Below are positions 1 through 10,680 of a DNA stretch of 40,207 nucleotides, piece after piece. Under the pieces are notes generated by a model. That model had not been told where the DNA came from and did no database searches. It was given only the letters and a program-made list of their open reading frames with translations. The position numbers and the translations under genes were made by a program. The stretch lies in sequence record SRR20825019_739; one strand, written 5' to 3'. Numbering within the stretch: position 1 is the first letter of the stretch; the number at the start of each line of letters is the position of its first letter.

Positions 1-65
1 GACACAAAAATAGCCTCCAGCAGTGGTGGAGATGAAAGATAAACAAGCCCTAGAGGAGAGGAATT

Positions 66-1136
66 ATGGCTCTCATATCATTGCGTCAATTACTCGATTA
101 CGCGGCTGAACATGAGTTCGGCGTGCCTTCTTTTAATGTCAACAATATGGAGCAGGTACATTCGATTATGGAGGCTGCAGTGGCGGCCGACAGTCCCGTT
201 ATCATGCAGGCCAGTGCCGGTGCCAGAAGCTATGCCGGTGAACCGTTCCTGCGGCATTTGATACTGGCAGCATTGGAAGCCTATCCCGATATTCCCATTG
301 TGTTGCATCAGGACCACGGCGCATCACCCAGCGTCTGTGCCCGTTCAATACAATCGGGCTTCACTTCGGTGATGATGGACGGCTCGCTGCAGGAAGACAT
401 GAAAACCCCCGCCGAATATGACTATAACGTGCGGGTGACCCGCGAAGTGGTCGATATGGCTCATGCCTGCGGCGTCTCAGTTGAAGGAGAACTGGGCTGC
501 CTGGGATCGCTGGAGTCAGGGATGATGGGGGAAGAAGATGGCCACGGTGCCGAGGGAAAACTGGATCACAGCAAACTGCTCACCGATCCGGATGAAGCGG
601 TGGATTTTGTCAAACGCACCGAAGTCGATGCGCTGGCCGTGGCGATTGGCACCAGTCACGGAGCCTATAAGTTTACCCGGCCACCGACCGGTGAAATCCT
701 GGCTATCGATCGTATCAAAGAGCTCAGAAAGAAACTGCCCAATACGCATTTTGTAATGCATGGCTCCAGCTCGGTACCGCAGGACTGGCTTGAAATCATC
801 AACACCCATGGTGGGGATATCGGTCAAACCTATGGCGTACCGGTTGAGGAAATTATGGAAGGTATTAAATCCGGTGTCCGCAAGGTCAACATTGATACCG
901 ATCTGCGGATGGCTTCTACCGGGGCGATCCGTCAATTCATGACCGACGAAAAGAACAAACCGGTTTTCGATCCACGCAAGTTTCTCAAGGCTTCCACAGA
1001 CGCCATGCAGGCGATATGTCAGGCTCGTTATGAAGCCTTTGGCAGTGCCGGCCATGCCGGCAAAATCAAGCCGATCCCGCTGGCCAAAATGGTGGAACGT
1101 TATCACAGCGGTGAGCTGAAACCGATTTTGTCCTGA
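66..1136 (+). CDS. fba: Class II fructose-bisphosphate aldolase
   Basis: Motifs [53 protein letters not shown] upstream. Confidence 0.97.
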   Translation: MALISLRQLLDYAAEHEFGVPSFNVNNMEQVHSIMEAAVAADSPVIMQASAGARSYAGEPFLRHLILAALEAYPDIPIVLHQDHGASPSVCARSIQSGFTSVMMDGSLQEDMKTPAEYDYNVRVTREVVDMAHACGVSVEGELGCLGSLESGMMGEEDGHGAEGKLDHSKLLTDPDEAVDFVKRTEVDALAVAIGTSHGAYKFTRPPTGEILAIDRIKELRKKLPNTHFVMHGSSSVPQDWLEIINTHGGDIGQTYGVPVEEIMEGIKSGVRKVNIDTDLRMASTGAIRQFMTDEKNKPVFDPRKFLKASTDAMQAICQARYEAFGSAGHAGKIKPIPLAKMVERYHSGELKPILS

Positions 1137-1150
1137 GTCCAGGGTTGCCA

Positions 1151-1181
1151 CGGAAAAGGCGGCTATAGGCTGCCTTTTCCG
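1151..1181 (+). terminator. Stem-loop after fba, probable terminator or mRNA stabiliser
   Basis: CGGAAAAGGCGGC-TATAG-GCTGCCTTTTCCG inverted repeat 14 nt after the stop codon. Confidence 0.65.
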
Positions 1182-1253
1182 CTTCAAACCAATCAGTTGC
1201 GAGCAAAATGCCCGAATGCGGTAAACTATCGCTTTTAGCTAGAGGACGGGCCA

Positions 1254-1628
1254 GTGCATCAGCTATTAGCGATTGCAATCGGCGGCGCGGTGGGAGCAGT
1301 GCTGAGATTTATGGTTTCCACCAGTGTTCACCGCGTGATGGGTAAAGACTTTCCCTACGGCACATTAACTGTTAACGTGCTCGGTTCGCTGCTGATGGGC
1401 TTTTTATTCATCATGTTGGTTGAGCGACAAATCAGTTCGATTGAACTGAGATCGGGCATTTTGTTTGGTGTTCTGGGCGCATTCACCACCTTTTCCTCTT
1501 TCTCTTTTGAAACCCTGGCCTTGATGGAGAGCGGTGACTGGGTCAAGGCAATGATGAATGTATTGCTCAGCGTCAGTGCTTGCCTGCTGGCAACCTGGGT
1601 CGGCTTGGGGATAGGAAGACAGTTATGA
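1254..1628 (+). CDS. crcB: Fluoride efflux channel CrcB/FluC
   Basis: 124 aa, 4 hydrophobic segments, GGAVGAVLRF, FPYGTLTVN and GAFTTFSSF motifs; GTG start with GAGGA RBS. Confidence 0.96.
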   Translation: MHQLLAIAIGGAVGAVLRFMVSTSVHRVMGKDFPYGTLTVNVLGSLLMGFLFIMLVERQISSIELRSGILFGVLGAFTTFSSFSFETLALMESGDWVKAMMNVLLSVSACLLATWVGLGIGRQL

Positions 1629-1924
1629 GTCAGGCTGTGACAATGGCAAGAATCTATCTGGTTGAGGGTAGAGACGATGTCAATAAAATCATCACGCGAC
1701 TGGTGGATATAAAGGTTCGTGGATTCACCGTGTTCAAGGGCGTAGCGGGTCTTGGCAGCGACCACCGTTTGCACAAGGCTTCTTTGTTAGCCCTTTCCTC
1801 TGAGTTGCCTATCATCATCGAGTTTTTTGATGAGCCCGATCGCGTAAGAGAAACGATTGAAAAACTGGGAGATTTGGTGAAGCCGGAGCTTGTCATCAGC
1901 TGGCCCGCACAATCTGGAATTTAA
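1625..1924 (+). CDS. DUF190 family PII-like protein
   Basis: ATG overlaps crcB stop (ATGA); G-x-TVFKGVAG-x-G and LS-x-ELPIIIEFFD motifs typical of the DUF190 family that accompanies crcB. Confidence 0.8.
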   Translation: MSQAVTMARIYLVEGRDDVNKIITRLVDIKVRGFTVFKGVAGLGSDHRLHKASLLALSSELPIIIEFFDEPDRVRETIEKLGDLVKPELVISWPAQSGI

Positions 1925-3878
<1,954 letters not shown>

Positions 3879-3909
3879 ATACATTGATTACCAATATCGG
3901 GAGATCACT

Positions 3910-5127
3910 TTGGATACGGTAGCTTTACAGTCACGACGAATTGTTTCAGGCATGCGTCCTACCGGACAACTGCATCTGGGACATTATCACGGTGTACTGA
4001 AGAACTGGGTCAAACTGCAGCATGAATTCGATTGTTTCTTTTTCGTCGCAGACTGGCATGCGTTAACGACGCACTATGAAGACAGCGGTATCATCGAAGA
4101 CAGTGTCTGGGAAATGGTGATTGACTGGCTGGCGGCGGGTATCGAACCGTCATCCGCCTCCATGTTTTTGCAGTCAAAAGTCCCTGAACATGCCGAGCTG
4201 CATCTGCTGTTGTCGATGATAACGCCACTGTCCTGGCTGGAACGGGTCCCGACATACAAAGATCAGCAGGAAAAGCTCAAGGAAAAAGATCTGTCGACTT
4301 ATGGTTTTCTGGGTTACCCCTTGCTGCAAAGCGCTGATATCCTGATTTACCGTGCCGGTCAGGTACCGGTGGGTGAAGACCAGGTCGCCCATGTCGAGTT
4401 GACTCGTGAAGTCGCACGCCGTTTTAACCACCTTTATGGTCGTGAGAAAGATTTCGAAGAGAAAGCCGAAGCCGCGATCAAGAAAATGGGTAAGAAAAAC
4501 GCCAAACTTTATAACAATCTGCGTAAATCTTATCAGGAGAAAGGCGATGCCGAAGCGTTGGCGACTGCCCGGGAACTGCTGAAAAACCAACAGAATCTGG
4601 CGCTGGGTGATATGGAACGTCTGTTCGGTTTTCTGGAAGGCGCGGGTAAGGTGATCTTGCCGGAACCCAAGGCGCTGCTGACACCGGCTTCCAAAATGCC
4701 CGGTCTGGATGGCCAGAAAATGTCCAAATCCTATGGCAACACCATTTCTCTGCGTGAGCCCGAGGATTCGCTGGCAGAAAAAATCAAGCGTATGCCCACC
4801 GATACCAATCGTGTGCGTCGCAGTGATCCCGGTGATCCGGACCGTTGCCCGGTCTGGCAACTGCACGAGGTCTATGCCAGCGAGGATCAGAAACAGTGGG
4901 TGCAGGAAGGATGTCGAACTGCGGGTATTGGTTGTCTTGATTGTAAGGGGCCGCTGATTGATGCAGTCAGCGCTGAATTACGCCCAATGCGCGAACGTGC
5001 CAACGACCTCAGTCAGCATCCGGAAGATGTGCGACGCATTATTGACGATGGCACTGCGGCAGCCCGAGAAGTGGCACAAGAGACACTGGCTGAGGTCAGA
5101 GTCGCAATGGGACTTAACTACAAGTAG
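3910..5127 (+). CDS. trpS: Tryptophan--tRNA ligase
   Basis: SGMRPTG, HLGH (HIGH), YPLLQSADIL, PVGEDQ, KMSKS; TTG start with GGAG RBS. Confidence 0.97.
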   Translation: MDTVALQSRRIVSGMRPTGQLHLGHYHGVLKNWVKLQHEFDCFFFVADWHALTTHYEDSGIIEDSVWEMVIDWLAAGIEPSSASMFLQSKVPEHAELHLLLSMITPLSWLERVPTYKDQQEKLKEKDLSTYGFLGYPLLQSADILIYRAGQVPVGEDQVAHVELTREVARRFNHLYGREKDFEEKAEAAIKKMGKKNAKLYNNLRKSYQEKGDAEALATARELLKNQQNLALGDMERLFGFLEGAGKVILPEPKALLTPASKMPGLDGQKMSKSYGNTISLREPEDSLAEKIKRMPTDTNRVRRSDPGDPDRCPVWQLHEVYASEDQKQWVQEGCRTAGIGCLDCKGPLIDAVSAELRPMRERANDLSQHPEDVRRIIDDGTAAAREVAQETLAEVRVAMGLNYK

Positions 5128-5133
5128 ATAGAT

Positions 5134-6024
5134 ATGGCAGAACGTATACAAAAAGTCCTGGCCCGGGCCGGTTATGGCTCACGTCGGCAGATAGAAACCT
5201 GGATTAAAGAAGGGCGGGTCAGCCGCAATGGTGAAACCGCCAGTCTCGGTGACCAAATCAGTGAAGGCGATCGCCTGCGTCTGGATAATAAACCACTGTC
5301 ACCAAAACGACTGTGGCAACAGCCCAAGCAGGTCATTCTCTATAACAAGCCGATAGGCGAAGTATGTACCCGCCGTGATCCGGAAGGACGCCGAACGATT
5401 TTTCAATCCCTGCCTAAGCCTGAAGAAGGCCGCTGGGTCAGTGTCGGCCGACTGGACCTCAATACCAGTGGTCTGATTATCCTGACCACCGATGGCGAAC
5501 TAGCCAACCGGCTGATGCATCCGGCTAATGAAATGGACCGTGAGTACGCTGTACGGGTGCTGGGTGAGGTAACACCGGAAATCATGCAGAGCCTGCGTGA
5601 TGGCGTCATGCTGGACGACGGTGAGGCTAAATTCAACGATATTCAGGAAGCCGGTGGTGAAGGCGCCAATAAATGGTTCCATGTGGTCATTCAGGAAGGT
5701 CGTAACCGCGAAGTCCGGCGCCTGTGGGAAAGCCAGGGAGTACAGGTCAGCCGGCTGATGCGGGTACGTTACGGACCGATTATCATGCCCAATAACCTGC
5801 GCATCGGTCACTGGACCAAGCTGGAAGGTGGCGATCTGGATTATCTCTATGAGCAGGCGGGCATGAAACCGGTTTCAGTCAAAAAGCCTGCTGCATCGCA
5901 GAAGCGGTCACAAAAGACTGATAAACGTCGTGCCACCCCGCCTAGATCGGATGCATCACCCTATAAAGGTAAGGCTGCCAGCGAAGATAAGCCCAAACGT
6001 CGGCCCCGTATTCGCGGCCGCTGA
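5134..6024 (+). CDS. rluB: 23S rRNA pseudouridine synthase B
   Basis: N-terminal S4 domain (ERIQKVLARAG..SRR), VGRLDLNTSGL catalytic Asp, EGRNREVRRLWE, basic tail. Confidence 0.92.
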   Translation: MAERIQKVLARAGYGSRRQIETWIKEGRVSRNGETASLGDQISEGDRLRLDNKPLSPKRLWQQPKQVILYNKPIGEVCTRRDPEGRRTIFQSLPKPEEGRWVSVGRLDLNTSGLIILTTDGELANRLMHPANEMDREYAVRVLGEVTPEIMQSLRDGVMLDDGEAKFNDIQEAGGEGANKWFHVVIQEGRNREVRRLWESQGVQVSRLMRVRYGPIIMPNNLRIGHWTKLEGGDLDYLYEQAGMKPVSVKKPAASQKRSQKTDKRRATPPRSDASPYKGKAASEDKPKRRPRIRGR

Positions 6025-6030
6025 GTTTTC

Positions 6031-6951
6031 CTATGGTGCACTGACCGACGCATTACGGCCGGTTTTCTTTGCCTGGTAGAGTGCCATATCAGCGCGCTCG
6101 AACAGGTGATAGCCATGTTCTTGGTCATTCAGCTGCGCTATCCCCAGGCTGACGGTGAAGCCGAAGCCGCGTTTACCGTCATGACACAAGGTTTCTGCCA
6201 CGGCAACACGGAGTCGTTCCGCCACTATGGCTGCGGCTTCCAGATCAGTGTTGCTGAGCAGCAGCACAAATTCCTCACCACCGAAACGGAAGGCCATATC
6301 ACTGCGACGCATGGTCTGGTTGATTGTCTCAGCCAGGGTTTTCAGTGCACGGTCACCGCTGCTGTGGCCATAGGCATCATTGATCGCTTTGAAGTTATCA
6401 ATATCGAGAATAACCAGCGACAGCTCGGATTGCTGACGTTTTGCTAAATCAATCTCCCGCTGCAGACTTTTTTCATAGGCGGCGCGATTACCCAGACCAG
6501 TCAGATCATCGAGCAGGGCCGAGTTCAGCGCCTGCTTGTAAAGCAGGCAGTTTCGTAGAGGATAAACTAACTGACACAGCAAATCTTCCAGCAGCGAAAT
6601 TTGCTTCTCAGTAAACTTGTGGCGGCGGGTCAGCGTCAGATCACCCAGATACTGACCGTTCATATCCAGTTTGTAATGGCAGCGATGATGGCGCTGGCTG
6701 TCACTGTCTATATGGCAGTTGAGTGCGAGGTGCTGATAATGGAAGCTGTCAAAGTGTATGATTTGACGCAGTTGTTGTTCGAACAAGGGCAGCAGCTCTT
6801 CCAGTATCAGTGTGGTTTGTAAGATACCGGGTAAGCGGGCAACAATATCATCAGTCGCTAGCTGGCTGTCAGTAGCAACAGGTTTCGGCGCAGTCAATCC
6901 GCCATCGATCAGGCTCAGCTTGCTTGGATTGTTGGGTAATTGCTGTTCCAT
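6031..6951 (-). CDS. Diguanylate cyclase (GGDEF domain with N-terminal GAF-like region)
   Basis: DDLTGLGNR, DIDNFKAIND, intact GGEEF active site and RxxD I-site (RRSD). Confidence 0.93.
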   Translation of the reverse strand: MEQQLPNNPSKLSLIDGGLTAPKPVATDSQLATDDIVARLPGILQTTLILEELLPLFEQQLRQIIHFDSFHYQHLALNCHIDSDSQRHHRCHYKLDMNGQYLGDLTLTRRHKFTEKQISLLEDLLCQLVYPLRNCLLYKQALNSALLDDLTGLGNRAAYEKSLQREIDLAKRQQSELSLVILDIDNFKAINDAYGHSSGDRALKTLAETINQTMRRSDMAFRFGGEEFVLLLSNTDLEAAAIVAERLRVAVAETLCHDGKRGFGFTVSLGIAQLNDQEHGYHLFERADMALYQAKKTGRNASVSAP

Positions 6952-6983
6952 AACACTTATCCTTACTGGTGGTAAGTGTTATA

Positions 6984-7000
6984 AGCGATATTTGTGCCAG
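6984..7000 (-). promoter_or_regulatory. Putative sigma54 (-24/-12) promoter of the GGDEF gene
   Basis: Minus strand CTGGCACAAATATCGCT: TGGCAC-N5-TCGC with exact GG-N10-GC spacing, about 33 nt before the ATG. Confidence 0.7.
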
Positions 7001-7018
7001 CTATAAAAAGACAATAAT

Positions 7019-7031
7019 AAACAATAAGTTA
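7019..7031 (+). promoter_or_regulatory. Putative IHF site
   Basis: AAACAA-TAAG-TTA, one mismatch to WATCAA-N4-TTR, in an AT-rich tract between the sigma54 motif and the upstream palindrome. Confidence 0.45.
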
Positions 7032-7039
7032 TATGTTGG

Positions 7040-7055
7040 TGTCAGTGTTTTGACA
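7040..7055. promoter_or_regulatory. Putative enhancer-binding-protein site, FleQ-box-like
   Basis: TGTCA-GTGTTT-TGACA; GTCA-N6-TGAC is the core of the Pseudomonas FleQ consensus. Confidence 0.55.
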
Positions 7056-7085
7056 GAGTGCTGAGATCAAGTCTTAAGCTGTTTG

Positions 7086-7787
7086 TCAGTGATCTGCTTC
7101 ACAGATTAAGTCCATATAGCGGGGAGCCACCTGCTCCGGTTTGGGCAACTCGGCCGGATCGGTGGCAGGAAATGCCCGTGCGAACAGTTCAGTCTGAACG
7201 GTACCGGGATCGATACAATGAACCTTAAGATTGCCCTGTGCTTCGGACTCTTCGGCAAGTTGTGACGCCAAAGCTTCAATGGCAGCTTTACTGATACCGT
7301 ATGCGCCCCAGTAAGCATTATGCTTGTGGGCATCCGTGGTGAAGATCAGACTGCTGCCAGCCTGTTTTTTCAGCAATGCCAAACAGGACCGGGTGAGCAG
7401 GTAAGCCCCGGTCAGATTGATGTGCAGGGTTTCCAGCCAGGTTTTACTGTCCTGATGTTCCACCGGTGCCAGTTGACCGAGTGTGGCGGCACAGTGGATG
7501 AGGCCGTCAAGACGTCCAAACTGAGTTTCAATGGTGTTTGCCAGTTGCTGGTAGTCAGGTACAGATGCACCTTTCAAATCCAGCGGATAAATGGCTGGGA
7601 TGGGCGCACCTGACGCAATGATTTCATCGTAAACTGACTCAAGGCCCGCAATCTGTTTGTCGAGCAAAACGACAGTTGCGCCCTTGGCGGCGCAGGCCCG
7701 AGCCACTGAGGCACCGATGCCGCGAGCGGCACCGGTAATCAGAATAACATGATCTCTGAGCTTGTCAGCCTCAGCAGAATTCGACAT
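7086..7787 (-). CDS. YciK-like short-chain dehydrogenase/reductase
   Basis: TGAARGIG Rossmann motif, YGISK (YxxxK), LDGLIHCA, AYWGAY. Confidence 0.88.
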   Translation of the reverse strand: MSNSAEADKLRDHVILITGAARGIGASVARACAAKGATVVLLDKQIAGLESVYDEIIASGAPIPAIYPLDLKGASVPDYQQLANTIETQFGRLDGLIHCAATLGQLAPVEHQDSKTWLETLHINLTGAYLLTRSCLALLKKQAGSSLIFTTDAHKHNAYWGAYGISKAAIEALASQLAEESEAQGNLKVHCIDPGTVQTELFARAFPATDPAELPKPEQVAPRYMDLICEADH

Positions 7788-7792
7788 GCAGC

Positions 7793-8152
7793 TTATTCAG
7801 CCGGGATAAACTGGCTGAATTGAGCGACACCGTTCTGGAATTGAACTGCTGTTGTACCATCTTCGCCGTGCCACTCGTGATGAGTGATAGTCAAAGTATC
7901 GATGGTGCGGGTTTGAGTCACGTCAGGCTCACCCCATTTGGCAATCGCTTCTTCTTCTGTCATGCCTTCAACAGAATTGCTTTCTTCTGTTGCCGCAGCT
8001 TCCTGAGTCTCAGTGGCTGTTTCTTCTGAGGTCATTTCAGATGGGGCTGCAGTCTCTTCAGCCGCATCCTGCTGAGCGCTGTCATCACCGCAGGCAATCA
8101 GAAAGACACCCATAAACAGAGCGATAAACATCAAACGAATATGATTCAACAT
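7793..8152 (-). CDS. Hypothetical lipoprotein
   Basis: Signal peptide with lipobox LIAC, acidic low-complexity linker, small C-terminal domain (GMTEEEAIAKWGEPD); RBS AGGGA. Confidence 0.75.
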   Translation of the reverse strand: MLNHIRLMFIALFMGVFLIACGDDSAQQDAAEETAAPSEMTSEETATETQEAAATEESNSVEGMTEEEAIAKWGEPDVTQTRTIDTLTITHHEWHGEDGTTAVQFQNGVAQFSQFIPAE

Positions 8153-8207
8153 GGCATTCCCTATTTGTTATTTTGCAAAAATCGAAGTATAGCAATGGAT
8201 CACGATG

Positions 8208-9494
8208 TTAGCGACTGGCATCAAGCTGTTCCATTAACTGTATCGCAGTTTGCTCACCGTTAAGGACTGCACCTTCTAGGGTTGCCGGGTAGGGATTGGC
8301 AACAAAGTCACCAGCCAGCCACAGACCCGTGATCTCAGTGCGATTGTTGGGCCTTTGACGCTGAATGTCAACGTTACAGGCAAAGGTTGCCCGCTTTTCG
8401 CGAATCACAAAGCCCTGATCAGGGATGAGGGGAAATGATGGCCACTGTTGATGGATTTCACTGGCAACCCGATCCAGCAATGATTTTTTATCCAGGGCTT
8501 CATGTTTACCGGGTCCGCTGATGACAGCTGAAATCAGTCCGGGACGTAACTCTCGCCGGTCAAAAAGCCACTGGGTCAAACTGCCGCTCATACCGATAAC
8601 CGGTGCCGGCAGTCGGAACGAGGCTGGGTATTGCAGGTAGACCGTGGCAATGGGAAAGCTGGCACAGTCAGGCAGATTCAGATGTTCATTCAGTATCGTA
8701 CGGGCAGTAGTAAGCGGTGTTGCCACAATAATCTGTTCTGCATTGAATTGTTCGCCGTGCTGAGTGACCAGCCCCTGCACCCTGCCGTTTGTGATATTGA
8801 TTTTTTCAACACGACTTTGCAGGCTGATTTGCCCACCTTGTTTGAGAATATAGCGCTCAGCCAGTGTCGGCAGCGTCTTGCCCAGCGGCAGTCTGGGAAT
8901 CAGCAGATCGGTATCAGAGCGTGTCCGGAAAGTGGTACTGAGCACCCTTGCGAACACGGCTGCCGAGGCTGTATTTATCGGTGTATTGAGTGTGGCGAGA
9001 CAGAGCGGCTCCCACAGTTGACGAATCAGTCGCTGAGATTGACCGGATTGATTCAGCCAGTCGCGAACGCTGATATCCTGTGCCGGTTTAAACTGCCTTG
9101 CCTTCAGATTAAGTCGACTGATTTGGCGAAAACAGGCTGCGTCATTATCACGCCACAAGCGCCAGGCGAGTGACAGAGGCCAGGGCAGGCCTCTGCCTGC
9201 AGCGATCCGCAGTGAGGGGTAGTCCCGGTCCAGAATCTGTATATCCAGTGGCAGGCGACGAAACAACGCCTTGTTATCAGCACCGATGTCTTCCAGCATC
9301 GACAGTGTATGCCGGTATGCGCCGATCATCAGGTGTTGGCCGTTATCGACATCCAAGCCGTGCCAGTCGACACTTCGGGCGCGTCCTCCCAGTTGACTGG
9401 CAGATTCGAACAGGTGGACTTTGTGACCCCGCTGGGATAAGTGAACCGCCGCAGCGAGCCCGCTCCAGCCACCACCGATAATCAATGTGGTCAT
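8208..9494 (-). CDS. hpnE: Hydroxysqualene dehydroxylase HpnE
   Basis: IIGGGWSGLAAA FAD motif, GGRARS, DNGQHLMIGAY, EKRATF, LAGD..YPATLEGAV; coupled to hpnD. Confidence 0.9.
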   Translation of the reverse strand: MTTLIIGGGWSGLAAAVHLSQRGHKVHLFESASQLGGRARSVDWHGLDVDNGQHLMIGAYRHTLSMLEDIGADNKALFRRLPLDIQILDRDYPSLRIAAGRGLPWPLSLAWRLWRDNDAACFRQISRLNLKARQFKPAQDISVRDWLNQSGQSQRLIRQLWEPLCLATLNTPINTASAAVFARVLSTTFRTRSDTDLLIPRLPLGKTLPTLAERYILKQGGQISLQSRVEKINITNGRVQGLVTQHGEQFNAEQIIVATPLTTARTILNEHLNLPDCASFPIATVYLQYPASFRLPAPVIGMSGSLTQWLFDRRELRPGLISAVISGPGKHEALDKKSLLDRVASEIHQQWPSFPLIPDQGFVIREKRATFACNVDIQRQRPNNRTEITGLWLAGDFVANPYPATLEGAVLNGEQTAIQLMEQLDASR

Positions 9495-10339
9495 CGGGCG
9501 CGTTTTCTTTCCCGGCGCGCAGTTTTCCAGGCCAGCCAGAGCTTACGGAGTGGGGTCAGAGACAAGCGATGCTGCATGACCTGAAAACCTTCGCGCTCAA
9601 GCTCATCCAGCGTGGCTTCATAAATGGCGGACATAATAAGTCCGGTGCGCTGATTGAAACGATCTCCTTCCGGCAGGGTTGCTTTCGCTTCCTGATAAAA
9701 GTCACGGGCACGCTGGGCCTGAAATTGCAGTAGTTCAGTCAGTGCTGGCGTCTGCCTTAAACTCAGGATATCGTCGCGACTGACATTAAAGCGCTGCAGT
9801 TCCTCTTCCGGCAGGTAAATACGGCCACGTTCAGCATCTTCACGGACGTCACGGATGATATTGGTAAGCTGAAAAGCCAGCCCCAGTTTCTCGGCGTACT
9901 TCAGGGTCTTACGATCCTGATAACCGAAAATTTCGGCTGCGAGCAGGCCGACCACGCTGGCAACGCGGTGACAGTACAAAGCCAGATGTTTGAAGGCCGG
10001 ATAGGTATGCTGCTGCAAATCCATTTCCATGCCATCGATGATTTCATGAAAATATTCCGGATGCAGTTCGAAATGTTGCAGCGCAGTCTGCAGTGCCTTG
10101 CCGACTGGATGGCTGGGCGTGCCGCTGAATGTCTGATCAACTTCCTGACGCCACCATGCCAGGGTTCTGGCGGCGACTTCAGGATCGGCAATCTCGTCGA
10201 CAGCATCATCCACTTCACGGCAGAAAGCATACAGTGCGGTAATCGCCTGCCGCTTTTGCGGCGGCAGAAACAGAAAGCTGTAATAGAAACTGGAACCGCT
10301 CTTAGCTGCCTTGTCGCGGCAGTACTCATCCGGTGTCAT
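9491..10339 (-). CDS. hpnD: Presqualene diphosphate synthase HpnD
   Basis: SGSSFYYSFLFL, LYAFCREVDDAVD, DGMEMDL, YCHRVASVVG, QLTNIIRDVREDA. Confidence 0.92.
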   Translation of the reverse strand: MTPDEYCRDKAAKSGSSFYYSFLFLPPQKRQAITALYAFCREVDDAVDEIADPEVAARTLAWWRQEVDQTFSGTPSHPVGKALQTALQHFELHPEYFHEIIDGMEMDLQQHTYPAFKHLALYCHRVASVVGLLAAEIFGYQDRKTLKYAEKLGLAFQLTNIIRDVREDAERGRIYLPEEELQRFNVSRDDILSLRQTPALTELLQFQAQRARDFYQEAKATLPEGDRFNQRTGLIMSAIYEATLDELEREGFQVMQHRLSLTPLRKLWLAWKTARRERKRAR

Positions 10340-10638
10340 CGCTGCAGTCGCTCCACGATTTCACCCTGCAACAGATGTGAATCGATAATTTCATCGATAT
10401 CTTCGCGCGTTTCGTAGTGGTACCAGACGCCCTCAGGATAGATCACCAGCATCGGTCCCAGCTTGCAGCGATTCAAACAACCGGCATTATTGACCCGGAC
10501 TTTTTTCAGCTTCAGTTCTTTGACCCGTTTTTTAGCATAATCCCGCAACGACTGTGCACCATGCTCGCCACAGTTGGCCGAACCGTCGTCTCGCTGGTGA
10601 GTACAGAAAAACAGATGATATTTGTATATTTGCGCCAT
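10336..10638 (-). CDS. Thioredoxin-like [2Fe-2S] ferredoxin
   Basis: HLFFC..C..GCLNRCKLGP.LVIYPEGVWY..EIIDSHL pattern; stop overlaps hpnD start; start placed at MAQIY. Confidence 0.88.
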   Translation of the reverse strand: MAQIYKYHLFFCTHQRDDGSANCGEHGAQSLRDYAKKRVKELKLKKVRVNNAGCLNRCKLGPMLVIYPEGVWYHYETREDIDEIIDSHLLQGEIVERLQR

Positions 10639-10680
10639 AGGCGTAAAGGATAGCTGACCCGCCGCTGAGTACAAAGTCTT

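Noticed and set aside
1137..1253. Fluoride riboswitch before crcB
   Set aside because: Consensus elements not found; the only clear structure is the hairpin after fba
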